Shown: positions 59,968-63,221 of the stretch, in pieces
Position numbering within the stretch: position 1 is the first letter of the stretch
How the letters are laid out: every line of letters begins with the position of its first letter
Made by a program: the position numbers and the translations under genes
Notes under the pieces: model-generated
What the model was told of the DNA's origin: nothing
The model's database searches: none
The model's input: the letters and a program-made list of their open reading frames with translations, nothing else
DNA from: an uncultured Rubrivivax sp.
Lineage (GTDB): Bacteria; Pseudomonadota; Gammaproteobacteria; Burkholderiales; Burkholderiaceae_C
Length of the DNA: 63,221 nucleotides
Direction of reading: 5' to 3'
Assembly: GCA_964477985.1 (NCBI GenBank)
Contig: CAYZGL010000001.1
Span: 1-63,221 of the forward strand

Positions 59968-61163
59968 TCGATACGACCGTGGTGCTGAACGCGGGCTCGT
60001 CGAGCCTGAAGTTCTCGCTGTTCACCGAAGGCGCTGCCGAAAGCACCGGGGGCCTCGAGCTGCTGGCCAGCGGCCGCGTCGAAAGCCTGCACGACGCGCC
60101 GCGCTTCGTCGCCAAGGACATCGCCGGTGCATCGATCGGCGAGCAGCGCTGGCAACACGGGCAGCGGCTGGGCCACGGCGACGCGCTGGCGTTCATCGTC
60201 GACTGGCTGCGCGCCACGCGCGGCGCGACGCACCGGCTGGCTGCCGTCGGCCACCGCGTCGTGCACGGCGGCACCGAGTTCGCCGCGCCGGTGCGCGTGG
60301 ACGAAGCCGTCGTCGAGCGGCTGCACAAGCTGGTGCCATTGGCGCCGCTGCACCAGCCGCACAACCTGGCGCCGATGCGCGAGGTGCTCGAGCGCCTGCC
60401 GCAGCTGCCGCAGGTGGCTTGTTTCGACACCGCGATGCACCGCACCAACCCGCCGTTGGCGCAGATGTTCGCGCTGCCGCAGGCGTTGGCTGACGCCGGT
60501 GTGCGCCGCTACGGCTTCCACGGCCTGTCCTACGAATACATCGCCTCGGTGCTGCCGCGCATCGATGCGCGCGCGGCGGCCGGCCGCACCGTGGTGCTGC
60601 ATCTGGGCAACGGCGCCAGCATGTGTGCGCTGCAAGGCGGGCGCAGCATCGCCAGCACCATGGGCTTCACCGCGGTGGACGGCCTGCCGATGGGCACACG
60701 CTGCGGCGCGATCGACCCCGGCGTGATCCTGTACCTGATCGACGAGCACGGCATGGATGCGCGCGCCATCGAGCAGCTGATCTACAGCGAATCGGGGCTG
60801 CTCGGCGTGTCCGGCATCTCCGGCGACATGCGCACGCTGCTGGAATCCGCCGATCCGCGCGCCGCGCTGGCGGTCGAGCTGTTCGTCTACCGCATCGGCC
60901 GCGAGCTGGGTTCGCTGGCCGCCGCGCTGGGCGGGCTCGATGCGGTCGTCTTCACCGCCGGCATCGGCGAGCGCGCCGCGCCGGTACGCGCCAGGATCTG
61001 CCGCGCCGCCGCCTGGCTCGGCGTCGAACTCGATGAAGCCGCCAACGCCACCAACGGCCCGCGCATCAGCACGGCCGCCAGCCGCACCACCGCCTGGGTG
61101 ATTCCGACCAACGAGGAGCTGATGATCGCGCGCCACACGCGCGATCTGCTCGCCGCACCATGA
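59964..61163 (+). CDS. ackA: Acetate/propionate kinase
   Basis: LNAGSSSLK, GHRVVHGG, APLH, FDT, RRYGFHGLS, HLGNGAS, FTAGIGE, PTNEE. Confidence 0.95.
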   Translation: MIDTTVVLNAGSSSLKFSLFTEGAAESTGGLELLASGRVESLHDAPRFVAKDIAGASIGEQRWQHGQRLGHGDALAFIVDWLRATRGATHRLAAVGHRVVHGGTEFAAPVRVDEAVVERLHKLVPLAPLHQPHNLAPMREVLERLPQLPQVACFDTAMHRTNPPLAQMFALPQALADAGVRRYGFHGLSYEYIASVLPRIDARAAAGRTVVLHLGNGASMCALQGGRSIASTMGFTAVDGLPMGTRCGAIDPGVILYLIDEHGMDARAIEQLIYSESGLLGVSGISGDMRTLLESADPRAALAVELFVYRIGRELGSLAAALGGLDAVVFTAGIGERAAPVRARICRAAAWLGVELDEAANATNGPRISTAASRTTAWVIPTNEELMIARHTRDLLAAP

Positions 61164-61951
61164 CCCAACGACTCGACCCGATCCCCACCCCGCCGCTGGC
61201 CGGCCGCAAGGCGCTGGTGGTGGGCGTGGCCAACGCGCATTCGATCGCTTTCGGCTGCGCGCGCGCCTTCCACGCGCTGGGCGCCGAGCTGACGCTGACC
61301 TACCTGAACGACAAGGCCAAGCCGCACGTCGCGCCGTTGGCGCAGGCCTTGGGCGCGCCGCTGTGCCTGCCGCTGAACGTCGAGCAGCCGGGCGAGCTGG
61401 AATCGGTGTTCGACGCCGTGCGCAAGCAATGGGGCCGGCTCGACATCCTGCTGCATTCGATCGCCTTCGCGCCCAAGCAGGACCTGCAGGGCGGCCTGCT
61501 CGACTGCTCGGCCGAGGGTTTCGCGCGCGCGATGGACGTGTCGGTGCATTCCTTCGTGCGCATGGCGCGGCTGGCCGCGCCGCTGATGGACGACGGCGGC
61601 ACGATGTTCGCGATGAGCTACCTCGGCGCCAACAAGGTGGTGCCGAACTACAACGTGATGGGGCCGGTGAAGGCGGCGCTGGAAGCCAGCTGCCGCTACC
61701 TGGCGCACGAACTCGGGCCGCGCGGCATCCGCGTGCACCCGATCTCGCCGGGGCCGTTGAAGACACGCGCCGCTTCGGGGTTGAAGGACTTCGAGCTGCT
61801 GCTCAACGAGGCCGCCCACCGCGCGCCGGTGGGCGAGCTGGTCGACATCGACGACGTCGGTTACGCCTGCGCCTACCTGGCCACGCCCTACGCGCGGCGG
61901 CTGACCGGGCAGACGCTGTACGTCGACGGTGGCGTGAACATCATGGCCTGA
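61160..61951 (+). CDS. fabI: Enoyl-ACP(CoA) reductase FabI
   Basis: GVAN.HSIA, HSIAFAP, YNVMGPVKAALE, ISPGPLKT.AA. Confidence 0.92.
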   Translation: MTQRLDPIPTPPLAGRKALVVGVANAHSIAFGCARAFHALGAELTLTYLNDKAKPHVAPLAQALGAPLCLPLNVEQPGELESVFDAVRKQWGRLDILLHSIAFAPKQDLQGGLLDCSAEGFARAMDVSVHSFVRMARLAAPLMDDGGTMFAMSYLGANKVVPNYNVMGPVKAALEASCRYLAHELGPRGIRVHPISPGPLKTRAASGLKDFELLLNEAAHRAPVGELVDIDDVGYACAYLATPYARRLTGQTLYVDGGVNIMA

Positions 61952-61954
61952 AGG

Positions 61955-62490
61955 TGTCCGCAGGCGGCGAGCTCGATATCGGCGGCGGCAGCGGCAAGGC
62001 CGTCTCGCTGGCCCGCGCCAACCTGCAGGAGTTCCTGACCCGCAATCTGCTGCAAGCGCGCATCCGCGACCTGCGCAGGCAGGCGGCCGGCAAGGTGTTC
62101 GAGCAGGCACTGTTCGACGACGATGCCGCGTCGCGCGGCGCGGTGGCGGATCAATACGCCTTCGAGTTCCACGCCCAGGCCTGCGCGCCCAGCCGGCGTT
62201 GCGACGGCCCGAACTCGTCCAATGGGCACATCGTGTGGCGCAGGCACTGCTGCGGCCGCGTCGGCGCCGAGTTCCTGTGCCCGCTGCCGGGCAGCGCGGG
62301 CCCGCCCGGCCCGGTCCTGGCCGTCGAGCACCAGGGCGCCGACCGTTGGGCCGGCGCCGGCGGCGACCGCTTGGTCGGCGGCCTGGGGGCGACGCGGTCC
62401 GAGGGACGCTGCCGCTTCGTGATGGGCAAGGACAGGCGCTGGGAGTGGATCGACGAGGCGCTGTGCGCAACGCCGCTTCGACCGCATTGA
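61955..62490 (+). pseudogene. Degenerate C-terminal fragment of a type III restriction Res-like (helicase-nuclease) gene
   Basis: No convincing start; ARIRDLRRQAA...DQYAFEFH...EFLC...VLAVEHQGADRW...SEGRCRFVM..DRRWEWI resembles a PD-(D/E)xK C-terminus with degraded motifs, recalled from memory. Confidence 0.5.
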
Positions 62491-62508
62491 TGCGGCGAGC
62501 ACGCCACC

Positions 62509-63221
62509 TTGGACCACGCCACCCTTGCCTTCCTGCGCGACCGCCACCCCGCCTGGCGGCTGCTGGCCTCGGCGCACGCGCCGCTGGTGACGAGCTTCCT
62601 GCACCGGGTGTTCGTGGCGCCCAACGTGCGCGTGATGAGCGAGGCGGATCTCGCCGAGGCGCTGGAGGACGAGCTGTTCGCGCTGCGCGAGCCCTTGGGG
62701 CCGCAGGCCTACCCGAAGAGCGCGCAGGACTACCTGAACGACTGGGCCGCGCCCGACAAGGGCTGGTTGCGCAAGTTCTACAAGCCGGGCACCGACGAGG
62801 CGCAGTTCGACCTGACGCCGGCCACCGAGAAGGCCATCGCCTGGCTGCTGTCGCTGACCGAGCGGCCGTTCGTCGGCACCGAGTCGCGCCTGCTCACACT
62901 CTTCGCGCTGCTCGAGCAGATCAGCGCCGGCACCGAGGCCGACCCGATCAAGCGCGTGGCCGACCTGCGCAAGAAGCGCGACGAACTGGACGCCGAGATT
63001 GCCCGCGTGCTGGCGGGCGATGTGCCGCTGCTGGACGACACGGCGGTCAAGGACCGCTTCCAGCAGTTCCAGCAGCTGGCGCGCGAGTTGCTGGCCGACT
63101 TCCGCGAGGTGGAACACAACTTCCGCCTGCTCGACCGCAAGGTGCGCGAGAAGATCGCGCTGTGGCAAGGCGCCAAGGGCGCGCTGCTCGACGAGATCAT
63201 GGGCGAGCGCGATGCCATCGG
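62509..63221 (+). CDS. jetA: DUF3375 protein, Wadjet JetA-like (partial, runs off the right edge)
   Basis: Manual translation from TTG 62509: LRDRHPAWRLLASAHAPLVTSFL...YLNDWA...GWLRKFY...FDLTPATEKAI...TESRL...DFREVEHNFR. Confidence 0.8.
   Translation, partial: MDHATLAFLRDRHPAWRLLASAHAPLVTSFLHRVFVAPNVRVMSEADLAEALEDELFALREPLGPQAYPKSAQDYLNDWAAPDKGWLRKFYKPGTDEAQFDLTPATEKAIAWLLSLTERPFVGTESRLLTLFALLEQISAGTEADPIKRVADLRKKRDELDAEIARVLAGDVPLLDDTAVKDRFQQFQQLARELLADFREVEHNFRLLDRKVREKIALWQGAKGALLDEIMGERDAI

Noticed and set aside
1-63221. CRISPR arrays, tRNA/rRNA, IS elements, integrases
   Set aside because: No repeat-spacer periodicity, RNA gene signature or transposase/integrase motif was seen by eye; short ncRNAs cannot be excluded without a covariance-model search

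Overview
GC-rich bacterial chromosomal segment; gene content suggests a betaproteobacterium (Burkholderiales-like, inference). It is densely coding (about 50 CDS), with no recognisable rRNA, tRNA, CRISPR array or transposase. Left to right: (1) a soluble fumarate-reductase-like flavoprotein/Fe-S pair divergent from a DASS dicarboxylate transporter; (2) a minus-strand operon of patatin, acetoacetate decarboxylase, 3-hydroxybutyrate dehydrogenase, an unassigned glycyl radical enzyme (GRE; SGCCE Cys loop), SDR, a catalytically degenerate PfkA homologue, GRE activase and a BASS transporter; (3) a MalT/LuxR-type regulator with a TauD-BKACE-Bug-hydrolase-Qor-MFS operon, a USP-hemerythrin fusion and a DUF1302/DUF1329/YCF48/MMPL module interrupted by vapBC, where four promoters share a CCCCC-N8-GGGGG box about 21 bp upstream of a -10-like hexamer; (4) a fused kinase-receiver-HTH regulator divergent from a DcaP porin, Arg/Lys and Orn decarboxylases, PotE and the arginine deiminase pathway; (5) a DUF3141-pta-ackA-fabI operon behind an FNR-like box; (6) the edge of a probable defence island (type III Res-like remnant, Wadjet JetA-like partial gene). 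The best candidate for an undescribed system is the GRE/pseudo-PFK operon. All family assignments come from motif recognition by eye, not database searches.
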